Positions 1-10,561 of a stretch of 64,000 nucleotides of DNA are shown here, one piece after another. This stretch comes from Candidatus Poribacteria bacterium (GTDB taxonomy: Bacteria > Poribacteria > WGA-4E > WGA-3G): assembly GCA_028824685.1 (NCBI GenBank), contig JAPPCZ010000086.1, positions 270,339-334,338 on the forward strand. The letters are read 5' to 3'. The position numbers and the translations under genes were made by a program. Each line of letters opens with the position of its first letter. The first letter of the stretch is position 1. The notes beneath the pieces are model-generated. The model had not been told where the DNA came from. It did not search any database and saw nothing but the letters and a program-made list of their open reading frames with translations.

Positions 1-91
1 CGCGGAATCGCAATATGCACGGCGTTAATCTACCGCCTCAGAACTAACCAATTTTGTCAACTCAAGTTTATCTCAGAAAGGAATTGGGACA

Positions 92-919
92 ATGAAATTC
101 AAACGCGAAGAAATTTTAGAAGAATTGCGAAACAATATTGACGCTGGCAAACCTATCATTGGGGCAGGTGCTGGCACAGGCATCTCAGCAAAATGTGAAG
201 AGGCAGGCGGCATTGACTTGATAATCATATACAATTCCGGCAGATTTCGAATGGCAGGCAGAGGTTCGCTTGCGGGCATGATGCCTTACGGGGACGCAAA
301 CCAGATTGTCGTTGAAATGGCAAGCGAAGTTCTTCCTGTTATCAAAAATACGCCTGTTCTTGCAGGTGTTTGCGGCACCGACCCGTTTCGCTTGATGGAT
401 ATATTTTTAGGTCAAATAGACGCTATAGGATTTTCAGGAGTACAGAACTTTCCAACAGTAGGACTAATTGACGGCACTTTCCGTCAACTGCTTGAAGAAA
501 CCGATATGGGATATGGACCCGAAGTAGAGATGATTCGGACAGCACATCAGATGGGGCTGCTTACTACACCGTATGCATTCAACGAAACCGAGGCAGAACA
601 GATGGCAGATGCGGGGGCGGATATTCTCGTTGCTCACATGGGATTGACGACGAAAGGCTCTATCGGTGCAAAAACTGCTTTTACGCTTGAAGATGCTGCA
701 AAACGTGTGCAAGCAATTCATGACGCTGCAAAAGGTGTTAATCCTGAGATTCTCGTAATCTGTCACGGAGGCCCCATCGCCGAACCCGAAGATGCTACTT
801 ATGTGTTGGAAAATACCAATGGTGTTGTTGGATTTTATGGCGCATCAAGCGCAGAACGTCTCCCAACAGAACGTGCGATCACAGCACAAATTGAGGCTTT
901 TAAGAAAATACGGTTATAG
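92..919 (+). CDS. Phosphoenolpyruvate hydrolase-like TIM-barrel protein (Tm-1-like family)
   Basis: 275 aa ORF with the family motifs [52 protein letters not shown] and [12 protein letters not shown]. Confidence 0.85.
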   Translation: MKFKREEILEELRNNIDAGKPIIGAGAGTGISAKCEEAGGIDLIIIYNSGRFRMAGRGSLAGMMPYGDANQIVVEMASEVLPVIKNTPVLAGVCGTDPFRLMDIFLGQIDAIGFSGVQNFPTVGLIDGTFRQLLEETDMGYGPEVEMIRTAHQMGLLTTPYAFNETEAEQMADAGADILVAHMGLTTKGSIGAKTAFTLEDAAKRVQAIHDAAKGVNPEILVICHGGPIAEPEDATYVLENTNGVVGFYGASSAERLPTERAITAQIEAFKKIRL

Positions 920-990
920 AATTATCCTAAAAATGTTGTTTCAAAGATATAGGATTTTCCTGAATATCTTAGCAAAGGAGATTGTAAACT

Positions 991-1794
991 ATGACTGACG
1001 AAGAAAAATTTAGATTTGACTTAACAGGATTTCTTGTGCGTCCAGCTATTCTGAGCAAAGACGAAGTAGATGCAATTGTTGATCAACTTGATCGGATCCG
1101 ACATAACCCCGAATCGTTACCACCAGAACACCGCGCTGTTCCTGGTGGGGCTTCAAGTGTTCTTATTGATCATCCAAAGGTGATTGAAGTGTTGCACCAA
1201 ATCATCGGTCCCGATGTCCGAATGGAGAGCACCTTTTTTGTATGGCGCGAAAAAGGACAAGAACACGGTGGACTCCACGGAGGAGGTCCGCGTCAAGCAG
1301 ACCCTATTTTTGGGTATCGTGTAAATAATGGTAGGATTCATGCCGGTATGGTGCGCGTCGTTTTTGAACTCACGGATATTTCTAAAGACGATGGTGCTAC
1401 CCATTTCATCGTTGGTAGTCACAAGTCAAACTTCCCAATGCATTCAGATCACATGTCGTTAGAGGAAGAAAAGCGAAGTCCTTACTTAATGACTTATGAA
1501 TGTCCTGCTGGTAGTGCTATATTTTTCACAGAAAATCTCTGCCATGCTGGCCCCGTATGGCAACGTGAAACCCCACGTATCGCGATTCTAAATGCTTATG
1601 CACATCTCGCAACGCATTGGCATCGTCTTCGCATTCCGCCAGAGGTGCTGAATGGACTCCCACGAGAAAAACAGGCATACTTCCGTGAACCGTGGATTGC
1701 CGATTTCCGAACAAGTCCCGCTACGCATAATACAATAGATCGTTTTATTGAAAAGGACAACGAATCTCCAATTAACACGAACCATAGTCCGTGA
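991..1794 (+). CDS. Phytanoyl-CoA dioxygenase (PhyH)-family Fe(II)/2-oxoglutarate enzyme, HxG variant
   Basis: N-terminal FDLTGFLV, LTDISKDDGATHFIVGSHK, CPAGSAIFFTENLCHAG and a distal Arg; SD AAGGAG upstream. Confidence 0.8.
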   Translation: MTDEEKFRFDLTGFLVRPAILSKDEVDAIVDQLDRIRHNPESLPPEHRAVPGGASSVLIDHPKVIEVLHQIIGPDVRMESTFFVWREKGQEHGGLHGGGPRQADPIFGYRVNNGRIHAGMVRVVFELTDISKDDGATHFIVGSHKSNFPMHSDHMSLEEEKRSPYLMTYECPAGSAIFFTENLCHAGPVWQRETPRIAILNAYAHLATHWHRLRIPPEVLNGLPREKQAYFREPWIADFRTSPATHNTIDRFIEKDNESPINTNHSP

Positions 1795-1942
1795 AATGCG
1801 TTCTTTGTTTAAGATGAATCCCTTTTCAATTCGCCTAATTTGTGGTAAACTACCATCGCGTGTGTAAAATATAATTGGGTTCAAGAAAACTCATGCATTC
1901 CAGAGGTCAATTGGGAAACAGAAGTGTGATTCTGGGTAGATA

Positions 1943-3061
1943 ATGGCACATATTAAACTACAAAATATAATAAAACGATTCGGCGATGTTGTCGCAGTAA
2001 AAGATTTTAATTTGGAAGTTGAAGATAAGGAGTTTGTGGTTTTCTTAGGTCCATCAGGTTGTGGAAAAACGACAACGCTGCGATTGATCGCTGGGTTGGA
2101 ACATCCTGACGAAGGCGAAATTCTAATTGATGGACATCTCGTCAACGGTTTGTCTCCAGCGGACCGGGACATCGCATTCGTGTTTCAATTTTATGCACTA
2201 TATCCGCATCTGAGTGTGTATGATAATATCGCGTTTCCACTAAAAGCGGTGAAGGTTGAAAAACCAGAAATTGAAGAGCGGGTAAAAAAGGTTGCAGAAA
2301 TTTTGCAGCTCACTGACATTTTAAATCGAAAACCGAGTGTGCTAAGCGGCGGTGAGATGCAACGCGTTGCACTTGGCCGTGCGATGGTCCGCCAACCAAA
2401 AGTCTACCTGCTTGATGAACCGATGGCGAATTTAGATGCGAAACTCCGAATTGATACGCGAGCAGAAATTAAACGTCTCCAACATGAAATCGGAGCGACC
2501 ACTATTTTTGTGACACATGACCAGGTGGAAGCGATGTCTCTCGCTGACCGGATAGCAGTAATTCATCAAGGTGTACTTCAGCAAATCGGCACACCCCATG
2601 AGGTTTATAACAAACCGAAAAGCCTTTTTGTTGCTGGATTTATGGGTATGCCAGCCATGAACCTACTTGATGTTGAACTAACCTCTCGTGAAGGCAAACC
2701 AGCATTGTACCTAAGTCATACTGATGTGCAGTTGGAACTTTCTCCTTGGCAGCAATCTAACCTAAACGCAAATAGTCAGCATAACGATTGTATCTTAGGC
2801 ATCCGACCTGAGCATATTACTGCTTCAAGAGAATCAGTTGGACGCAAAATTGCTGCGGATGTTCATCTGATTGAACCCCTTGGTTCTGTCAATATCCTTG
2901 ACTTAATGCTCGGAACACATCAGAAGACACAAGAACCTATTCTCCTCCGAGTGAGGACACATCCTACATTTAATGCTGATATTGGAGAGACTATCTGGTT
3001 GGATTTTGATGACGATCAAATGCACCTATTTGACAGTGGAACAGAGCAAGCAATTTGGTAA
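1943..3061 (+). CDS. Carbohydrate ABC transporter ATP-binding subunit (MalK/UgpC family)
   Basis: Walker A GPSGCGKTT, signature LSGGEMQR, Walker B YLLDEP, VTHDQVEAM, C-terminal TOBE-like region. Confidence 0.92.
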   Translation: MAHIKLQNIIKRFGDVVAVKDFNLEVEDKEFVVFLGPSGCGKTTTLRLIAGLEHPDEGEILIDGHLVNGLSPADRDIAFVFQFYALYPHLSVYDNIAFPLKAVKVEKPEIEERVKKVAEILQLTDILNRKPSVLSGGEMQRVALGRAMVRQPKVYLLDEPMANLDAKLRIDTRAEIKRLQHEIGATTIFVTHDQVEAMSLADRIAVIHQGVLQQIGTPHEVYNKPKSLFVAGFMGMPAMNLLDVELTSREGKPALYLSHTDVQLELSPWQQSNLNANSQHNDCILGIRPEHITASRESVGRKIAADVHLIEPLGSVNILDLMLGTHQKTQEPILLRVRTHPTFNADIGETIWLDFDDDQMHLFDSGTEQAIW

Positions 3062-3092
3062 AATCCTTGATTTTTGATGGGAAAAAACAGAT

Positions 3093-3893
3093 ATGAAAAT
3101 ACCGTGTCGTTTGGCAGCTTTCGATTTAGATGGAACACTACTGAATAGTGATCACAAGTTATCATCTCAAAACTGTGAAGCACTTCAACAACTTGCAGAA
3201 AATGAAATCTTGGTAGTCTTAGTTTCAGGCAGAATGCATCAATCTATTAAACCCATAAGCGATCAGATTGGATTGGAAAATCCAATTATTTCGTATAATG
3301 GAGCGATGGTAAAGCATGCAACTACTGATGAGGTTTATCATCATACGCCAGTTCCAGCAGACATTGCAATGGCTATAGTTAATGATTGCATGGAGCAAGA
3401 TTTGCATCTCAATTTCTGCTTGAACGATGAACTGTTTGTTGCAGAAAAGAATAAGTGGAGTGAACTTTATGAATCTCGAACGGGTGTTCCTGCTACCCCT
3501 GTAGGTGATCTTCGGCAGTTAGCAGGCAAAACGCCAACAAAATTGCTTATCATTCATCCGCCTGAAAAATTACCACCACTTTTGAACAGTTTCAATTCAC
3601 AATATGATGGCAAATTATATGTAACGCAGACACAACCTGAGTATATCGAATTTATGAATCCAGATGTTACCAAAGGTCGTGCGCTGACAGCACTTGCGAA
3701 ACGTTGCGAGATTCCAATAGAATCCGTTGTCGCTTTTGGTGATAGTTACAACGACGAAAGTTTGCTCAAAACGGCAGGATTTGGCATAGCGATGGAGAAC
3801 GCAGTCACTCCGATTAAAGCTTGTGCGGACCACATTACTGCGACCAACGATGAAAACGGTGTCGCTAAAGCAATCTGGAAGTTAATTCTTTAA
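3093..3893 (+). CDS. Cof-type HAD-IIB hydrolase
   Basis: DLDGTLL, VSGR, KGRAL and AFGDSYND motifs. Confidence 0.9.
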   Translation: MKIPCRLAAFDLDGTLLNSDHKLSSQNCEALQQLAENEILVVLVSGRMHQSIKPISDQIGLENPIISYNGAMVKHATTDEVYHHTPVPADIAMAIVNDCMEQDLHLNFCLNDELFVAEKNKWSELYESRTGVPATPVGDLRQLAGKTPTKLLIIHPPEKLPPLLNSFNSQYDGKLYVTQTQPEYIEFMNPDVTKGRALTALAKRCEIPIESVVAFGDSYNDESLLKTAGFGIAMENAVTPIKACADHITATNDENGVAKAIWKLIL

Positions 3894-3933
3894 CAAGAGA
3901 AAAGGATTACAATTTTAAAAAACAACTACAAAG

Positions 3934-4191
3934 TTAACGATTTTTTTTAGATTGATTAAACGGAAAATCTGCCATCAGCACGTAGGAATTACCTTCACGT
4001 TTTAAGGACATCTTGACAGAGTTCATCGTAAATTCAAAGTATTTCGCCAACACTTCAGTTAATTCAAACTGTAGTTTTTTCATCGAATCCTCGCTTACCT
4101 CAAACCGATCTTGTGTGAGAATGAGTTGTAAACGTTGCGTAGCAATATTGCTTGATTTCGATTTACGAGTGAATAAACTTCTAAAATCCAT
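3934..4191 (-). CDS. minE: Cell division topological specificity factor MinE
   Basis: SSNIATQRLQLILTQDR motif; 85 aa; directly downstream of minD. Confidence 0.88.
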   Translation of the reverse strand: MDFRSLFTRKSKSSNIATQRLQLILTQDRFEVSEDSMKKLQFELTEVLAKYFEFTMNSVKMSLKREGNSYVLMADFPFNQSKKNR

Positions 4192-4199
4192 AGTACCCT

Positions 4200-4994
4200 C
4201 TACTTATTTCTTGAAAACCAATTCAGAATATTAGAAAAAAAATTATCATCTCGCATTTCAGGTATTGGAACGCGTTGTCCTGTCATGCGCCGCGCTATCC
4301 GTATATACGCCTCAGCACCGGGAGACCCGTCGTTATGAACAAGGGGTACACCGCGATTTGTAGAGGCGATGACTCCAGTATCTTCAGGGACAACACCGAG
4401 AAGATCAATGTTCAGAATGTCTAAAACGTCATTCTTACTAATCATATTTCCTTTCTTAACAAGTGTTGGCGATAATCTATTTATTATAAGGTTGATTGAA
4501 TCAATCCCTTGGTGTTGCAAAAGTCCGATGATGCGGTCTGCATCTCGGATGGCTGATACGTCAGGGGTCGTGATAATGATAGCCTCATCTGCACCAGCGG
4601 CCGCATTGCGAAAACCTTGTTCTATCCCCGCAGGAGAGTCAACAAGAACAAAGTCATATTCTTCTTTCAGTTTTTCACAAACTTCCTGCATCTGCTCAGG
4701 CTTAATATCATCTTTTCTGTTCCGTTGTGAAGCAGCAAGAAGCATCAAATCTTCTACACGTCGGTCTTTTACAAGGGCTTTATCAAGATCGCATCGCTTT
4801 TCAATGACATCCATAGAAGTATAAACGACTCTACTCTCTAAACCCATTACGACATCGAGGTTTCGTAATCCAACGTCAGCATCTACCACCACCACCGTTT
4901 TACCGATCATCGCTAATGCGGTGCCAAGGTTTGCAGTTGACGTCGTTTTACCGACTCCCCCCTTTCCAGATGTAATTACGATAACCTTACCCAT
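4200..4994 (-). CDS. minD: Septum site-determining ATPase MinD
   Basis: SGKGGVGKTT, DADVGLRNLD, DSPAGIEQGF and a C-terminal amphipathic helix FFSNILNWF; ATG at 4994 chosen because it follows GAAGGAAGG. Confidence 0.95.
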   Translation of the reverse strand: MGKVIVITSGKGGVGKTTSTANLGTALAMIGKTVVVVDADVGLRNLDVVMGLESRVVYTSMDVIEKRCDLDKALVKDRRVEDLMLLAASQRNRKDDIKPEQMQEVCEKLKEEYDFVLVDSPAGIEQGFRNAAAGADEAIIITTPDVSAIRDADRIIGLLQHQGIDSINLIINRLSPTLVKKGNMISKNDVLDILNIDLLGVVPEDTGVIASTNRGVPLVHNDGSPGAEAYIRIARRMTGQRVPIPEMRDDNFFSNILNWFSRNK

Positions 4995-5011
4995 AGTCAA
5001 CCTTCCTTCAT

Positions 5012-5689
5012 TTAGAATTTAATAAATTCCTCCACGATGATAATATCTTCAGCACCGACGCGAGCAATTTCGGGATATCCTCTCGGCTTTTGACCAACTG
5101 GTGGACGATTTACATAAGTCCCAATTTGGAGTTGCAATGGCACCAACTCCATAGCAATAATAACCGAGGTAAGTCTCCCGTGAGCCCCAGCGTGAGCGTT
5201 GCCACGTAAGGTGCCGAGTACTATTATATCTCCGGCAGCGACAACTTCACCTCCCGGATTAACATCTCCATATACAATCATACTTCCAGCTAAACAAGAT
5301 GTTGTCTGTCCAGACCGAATTGTTTGATGTACGATTTGAGCATGTTCTAAATCCGGATGGTTGTCGGCAGCCAAACTCTGTGAAATACTATGAGTGGCTG
5401 GGGCTGCCAAGATTGGAGATTCGTTCTTTTCATCAAATACGTTAACACCGCTGACAACAAGATCATATTTTTCTGTCAGGTGTGTTTCTAAATTACTCAG
5501 ATCTTCGGATGTAAATATGGGCGGCCTCATATCAATATGAATAGAAGTACCCGCTAACGGTTGATTCATTTCACCCAGCAACTCATGAATTGCTGTTTCA
5601 ATCTCAGGAAGCGAGACCTTCGGATTGATAATCAGATGCAAACCATCTTTATATCCTCTGAGTTTCACGATTGAATTTTCCATATTCAC
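5012..5689 (-). CDS. minC: Septum site-determining protein MinC
   Basis: TIRSGQ, GDVNPGGEVVAAGDIIVLGTLRGNAHAG; lies upstream of minD. Confidence 0.92.
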   Translation of the reverse strand: MNMENSIVKLRGYKDGLHLIINPKVSLPEIETAIHELLGEMNQPLAGTSIHIDMRPPIFTSEDLSNLETHLTEKYDLVVSGVNVFDEKNESPILAAPATHSISQSLAADNHPDLEHAQIVHQTIRSGQTTSCLAGSMIVYGDVNPGGEVVAAGDIIVLGTLRGNAHAGAHGRLTSVIIAMELVPLQLQIGTYVNRPPVGQKPRGYPEIARVGAEDIIIVEEFIKF

Positions 5690-5748
5690 TACACACGAGC
5701 TATCTTATTTTAAGAGGCATTGCCTCATGGTGGAGTTAAAAGTGAAAA

Positions 5749-7032
5749 TTATGAAACAGCACTTTCAACTTTAGCTAAGACGTACGGTCCTTCAGGGATC
5801 GCTGCTATCTGAACATCATCTCCATAACGTGTTAAAAATTCTTTAATTCCTTCTTGTGGATTTTTTAACGGATGTACAAACAACTTTGATCTTTGTTGAT
5901 ACGGGATACCGTCTGTATAAAAATAGATATCGGCTTTACGCGCAACCTTAGCCAATTCTTCCAATTGCCACTGATCAATAACAAAATTAGCTGGGTTGTA
6001 AAGTCCTTGAACAAAGGCAGTCAGGTCATCAGTTTTGAAGAGTAGATCAGTGAAAGGTTTGCTACCAATTCCCTCACTACACGCAGCTACAAGGAGAATA
6101 CTACCACCCTGTTTAACGATTTCAACGGCAGTGAGTAATCCTTTTATCGCTTGGTAGAATGTAGCGTCCAAAGGATACCCAGCACTGGAAACTACAACCG
6201 CATCAACAGGCTCTGATAGTGTAACCTTAGCGTTTTTTTCTACAAATTTTGCACCAGAGAGATGGGATTCAACAAGGTCTCCAGCAAAAACACCGGTAAT
6301 CTGTCTCTGTTTGTCAATTGCAACATTAAGGCTAAAGTCAACACCAGCCATCAGTGCGATCTCAGTTGCTTCCATGTGAAACGGATTTCCATCCAAGATA
6401 CCGACTGCAGATTTAGGGTGTTCCATTAGTTCAGGACCATGCATCACCTTCATCGTTTCAATAGATGCAAGCCCTGGGCAGATTGCTTTCCTACCACCAG
6501 AATATCCTGCCATCAAGTGGGGTTCAATCAATCCTGTTATAATCTTCAGATCTGCCGCGAGATACGTCTTATCAATGTAAACAGGTGTACCTTTGCGCGT
6601 CTCACCTAAATGTGTGTGCGTCTCCGGCTTTTGAGAAAAATGGTTGACGATACGGTACGAGCCCATAATCGAACGACCGACCATTTCCTCAAGTTCTTTG
6701 CCTTCATTGGGACGGTGAATCCCTGTTGCGATAAGGATTGTAATCTCATCACGCGATATTCCTGCCTGTTCAAGCGTTTCAAGTATTGGAGGTAGAATCA
6801 CTTGATTAGGTACAGGACGAGTTATATCGGAAATTACAATACACGCTGAGTCTCGTCCCTTAGCAATTTCTGCTAAGGACGGTGAAGCAGTTGGCTGTGA
6901 AATCGCTTGCCAAACTGCTTTGTCAGCATCAGTTAATGGGACAATTGCTGCAGTTTCCAAAACTCCTGCCAAATTTTTGTCAGGAATCTCTACTGCAACT
7001 GTGCCATGTCCGTATCTCATCTGGACTCGCAT
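5749..7032 (-). CDS. LarA-family nickel-pincer-dependent racemase/epimerase
   Basis: ISDITRPVP, IATGIHRP, IEPHLMAGYSGGRKAICPG and GYPLDATFYQAIKG motifs. Confidence 0.88.
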   Translation of the reverse strand: MRVQMRYGHGTVAVEIPDKNLAGVLETAAIVPLTDADKAVWQAISQPTASPSLAEIAKGRDSACIVISDITRPVPNQVILPPILETLEQAGISRDEITILIATGIHRPNEGKELEEMVGRSIMGSYRIVNHFSQKPETHTHLGETRKGTPVYIDKTYLAADLKIITGLIEPHLMAGYSGGRKAICPGLASIETMKVMHGPELMEHPKSAVGILDGNPFHMEATEIALMAGVDFSLNVAIDKQRQITGVFAGDLVESHLSGAKFVEKNAKVTLSEPVDAVVVSSAGYPLDATFYQAIKGLLTAVEIVKQGGSILLVAACSEGIGSKPFTDLLFKTDDLTAFVQGLYNPANFVIDQWQLEELAKVARKADIYFYTDGIPYQQRSKLFVHPLKNPQEGIKEFLTRYGDDVQIAAIPEGPYVLAKVESAVS

Positions 7033-7138
7033 GATTGAATTTTCCTAAAATTAGTGACTGGTTAAATTGAAATAAATATGATGCCGTGTTTAAATATGTC
7101 GTGAAACTGCAAAAATTGAATTGTGATTACAAATTTAG

Positions 7139-7167
7139 AGTGTAACATACCTAACATTAGATGTCAA
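7139..7167 (-). promoter_or_regulatory. Sigma70-type promoter for the larA-like/minCDE genes
   Basis: Minus strand TTGACA-N17-TACACT. Confidence 0.6.
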
Positions 7168-7196
7168 CTTTTTCATTCAAACTTATTCAATACTGC

Positions 7197-7225
7197 TTGA
7201 ATTTTTTCACACTGCATGTTAGAAT
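7197..7225 (+). promoter_or_regulatory. Sigma70-type promoter for 7296..7682
   Basis: TTGAAT-N17-TAGAAT with TG extension. Confidence 0.45.
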
Positions 7226-7295
7226 TTATATGTTTCCAACAGAATCTACAAACTCTTGAGATGGAAATCTAACCTAAACGGAGAATCAAACAGTC

Positions 7296-7682
7296 ATGCA
7301 ACGCATAGAAGTTACTACAAAACCTAACGGCGCTGGTCGCAATTGGCTTGAGGTCGGTTCTTTTGAAGTTGATGCGCTCGGTCGTAAACAGTGGGTTAAG
7401 AAAAATGTGCCACATCAAGAATCAAAACTGACTGTGGATAGACAATATACAGAACGGGGTGAAATGATTGACTGGATTGTCATCATTCCAGAAAATTATC
7501 CGTTTACGCTCGTCAAAGTATCCTACGACCGTTTGAACCCCAAAAAACTTGAAGTACTCTGGGAACCAGGGACATCTAACCAAACAGAGGATTCCCGTGA
7601 AATTAAAAAGAAACGTGCTCTTGAACTTGCTGCTGGAAACGAAGAACTTATATCTCTATTGAAGGAACTCCTTGCAGATTAA
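7296..7682 (+). CDS. Hypothetical protein
   Basis: 128 aa ORF with GGAG SD and its own promoter-like signal; fills an otherwise empty gap. Confidence 0.65.
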   Translation: MQRIEVTTKPNGAGRNWLEVGSFEVDALGRKQWVKKNVPHQESKLTVDRQYTERGEMIDWIVIIPENYPFTLVKVSYDRLNPKKLEVLWEPGTSNQTEDSREIKKKRALELAAGNEELISLLKELLAD

Positions 7683-7718
7683 AATTTGCACTGCAAAGGT
7701 GTAATAGAATTCTATTCC

Positions 7719-9089
7719 TCACCAACCATAACGGTCTGGTCCCCACGGCTTTGTTATCAATTCCTGTTTTGCCATCACCATCGTTTTGCTTGGGACATCT
7801 TCGTATAGAATCACGCCTGGACCTACGACGCTATAAGAACCGATTCGTCTGCCCGGCATTATTATTGCATTGACTCCTGTGCGGCAATAATCTCCCATGT
7901 AGGTGGCGTTTGCGCCGTAAGTTGGTACTTCGTAGCGTCCTTCTACTTGAATTGGTGTATCACGGTCATCAAACCGTAGTGTGCCACACACTGTGGCGGC
8001 CCCAATATCTGTCGCGCATCCAAATACACCGGACATTTCACAGTAGTGATATAGATAAACTTTGTCAAACATGACACCGGACATTTCTGCACCGTGTCCT
8101 ACGATGCACCGGTTTCCGATGGCACTGCTCTCAATATCGCAATAATCACTAATACGACAATGATCTCCGATGTATATGTTTCCATGTAAAATCGCGCCGT
8201 TTGTGATGTTATTATTTGCTCCGGCTATAAGTGTCCCATTTACAACGACACGCGGACCAATAACTGTGTTTTCTCCTAATACGACGTGACCATTAATTTC
8301 GGCTGCATCGGAAATTTTAGCACCTACTGCTATGTGGTTCTCATCAACCTGTTTTGTGAGGTAATCAACTAATCTGCGGTTTGCTTCTAAAACATGCCAA
8401 GGTTTATCAACGTCAACAAAAAAGTCTGTTGTTTCGACTGTTAACACCTCTATTCCGTCATCAATCATGATTTGGATAGATTGTGCAACTTCAGACTCAG
8501 GCGGTGGCATTCCGCCGACAGGGACTTGGGTGACGATTCCGGGATTCCTTAACAAATAAGGTTTTGCTGTTGCTTTAAAAGCATAGATTCCACATAGACG
8601 ATGCGAACCCCCTCTCGGATGTCCATCAATACCTGATAAACACCCGTTATGGGTTTTAGCACAGAGCCAGTTACTCGCGTCCTCATCGCTAAGTGGTTGA
8701 ATTAACGCAGCTGCTTCCGCATTTTGACTTTCAAACGCTTTAATAAGGTTACGATAATTTTCAGAAGTGGTTACAGTATCACCATAAATTATGAGAAAAT
8801 TTTCATCATTTAACGTTTTTAACGCAGTTAAAACTGCATCTGCAGTGCCATTAAGAGGATGTTGGGGTAAAAATTTAACGTTTGGAATATCTGCAATTGC
8901 ACCACGGACCTGTTGCGCATAATGCCCGACCACAACTATAATTTGTTCTATTCCTATTTCAACGAGATTCTCCACTATTCGACGAATTATCGGTTTATTT
9001 GCAACCGGGATTGTGCACTTCTGGCGAAATTCTCCATAAGGCCAAATTTTGCGTCCTAAACCTGCAGCTAAAACAATAGCGTTTTTCAT
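7719..9089 (-). CDS. GlmU-like sugar-1-phosphate nucleotidyltransferase with left-handed beta-helix domain
   Basis: AIVLAAGLGRK N-terminus, GTADAV, VDVDKPWHVLEAN, C-terminal hexapeptide repeats. Confidence 0.85.
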   Translation of the reverse strand: MKNAIVLAAGLGRKIWPYGEFRQKCTIPVANKPIIRRIVENLVEIGIEQIIVVVGHYAQQVRGAIADIPNVKFLPQHPLNGTADAVLTALKTLNDENFLIIYGDTVTTSENYRNLIKAFESQNAEAAALIQPLSDEDASNWLCAKTHNGCLSGIDGHPRGGSHRLCGIYAFKATAKPYLLRNPGIVTQVPVGGMPPPESEVAQSIQIMIDDGIEVLTVETTDFFVDVDKPWHVLEANRRLVDYLTKQVDENHIAVGAKISDAAEINGHVVLGENTVIGPRVVVNGTLIAGANNNITNGAILHGNIYIGDHCRISDYCDIESSAIGNRCIVGHGAEMSGVMFDKVYLYHYCEMSGVFGCATDIGAATVCGTLRFDDRDTPIQVEGRYEVPTYGANATYMGDYCRTGVNAIIMPGRRIGSYSVVGPGVILYEDVPSKTMVMAKQELITKPWGPDRYGW

Positions 9090-9092
9090 AAT

Positions 9093-9827
<735 letters not shown>

Positions 9828-10054
9828 TTATCCGCAAATATTGTTAGTAATAAATCTTTGTGTGTTAACAAATATATCAGATTGACGTTTAATAAATGAA
9901 AGGTGTGATATAGTCTGTATTTACATTTTAATTTAAAACTTTGACTGTGTCAAAATTATTTTTAGATTAAGAATGAACAAAACATCTATTAGGTTGTTTT
10001 TTTGACTTGAATATGGGAAAATAGAAATTAAGAATTTCTTAAGGGGAAGTAATC

Positions 10055-10561
10055 ATGAATTCAGAGAATCTACGCTTGGCTTTATCAAAATCTAAGGATA
10101 TTACGCTAAATTTTCTTGGTCGTGTTTTATCAAATACACGGATGGAACCAATTCGTGATGAGGCAGGTGTTAAAGGCGTTAAGGCATCTTGGGTAGGAGA
10201 ACAAGGTGAAAGTAGTGTTGCGATAGATACTGGCGAATGGAATGCTAACGTTAAAATGGAGGCAGACGAACCGCCAACCGTAGAATATACGCAACATGGC
10301 GAAACACGAAGTGTTGCCATAAAAAATATCAACAATATATCTTGTTCGGTAGATCGTGAGACATTAGACCAATTTGCTACTCCGAGGGGTGCTGCGATTG
10401 CTGTTTGTGCTGGCGCTGCTGCTGGTTTGGTCGGTTGGTTTGTCGTTTCTGTGATGCGGGCACTTGCAGTGCCAAATAGAGAAGACGAAGAACCTGCTGT
10501 AGCCGCGCTTTCTTCTGAGAATGTTGAAACTGCCACGGAAAATCCATCCGCTGAAGCATGA
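10055..10561 (+). CDS. Hypothetical membrane-anchored protein
   Basis: 168 aa with one hydrophobic helix near the C-terminus; stop overlaps the next ATG (ATGA). Confidence 0.65.
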   Translation: MNSENLRLALSKSKDITLNFLGRVLSNTRMEPIRDEAGVKGVKASWVGEQGESSVAIDTGEWNANVKMEADEPPTVEYTQHGETRSVAIKNINNISCSVDRETLDQFATPRGAAIAVCAGAAAGLVGWFVVSVMRALAVPNREDEEPAVAALSSENVETATENPSAEA

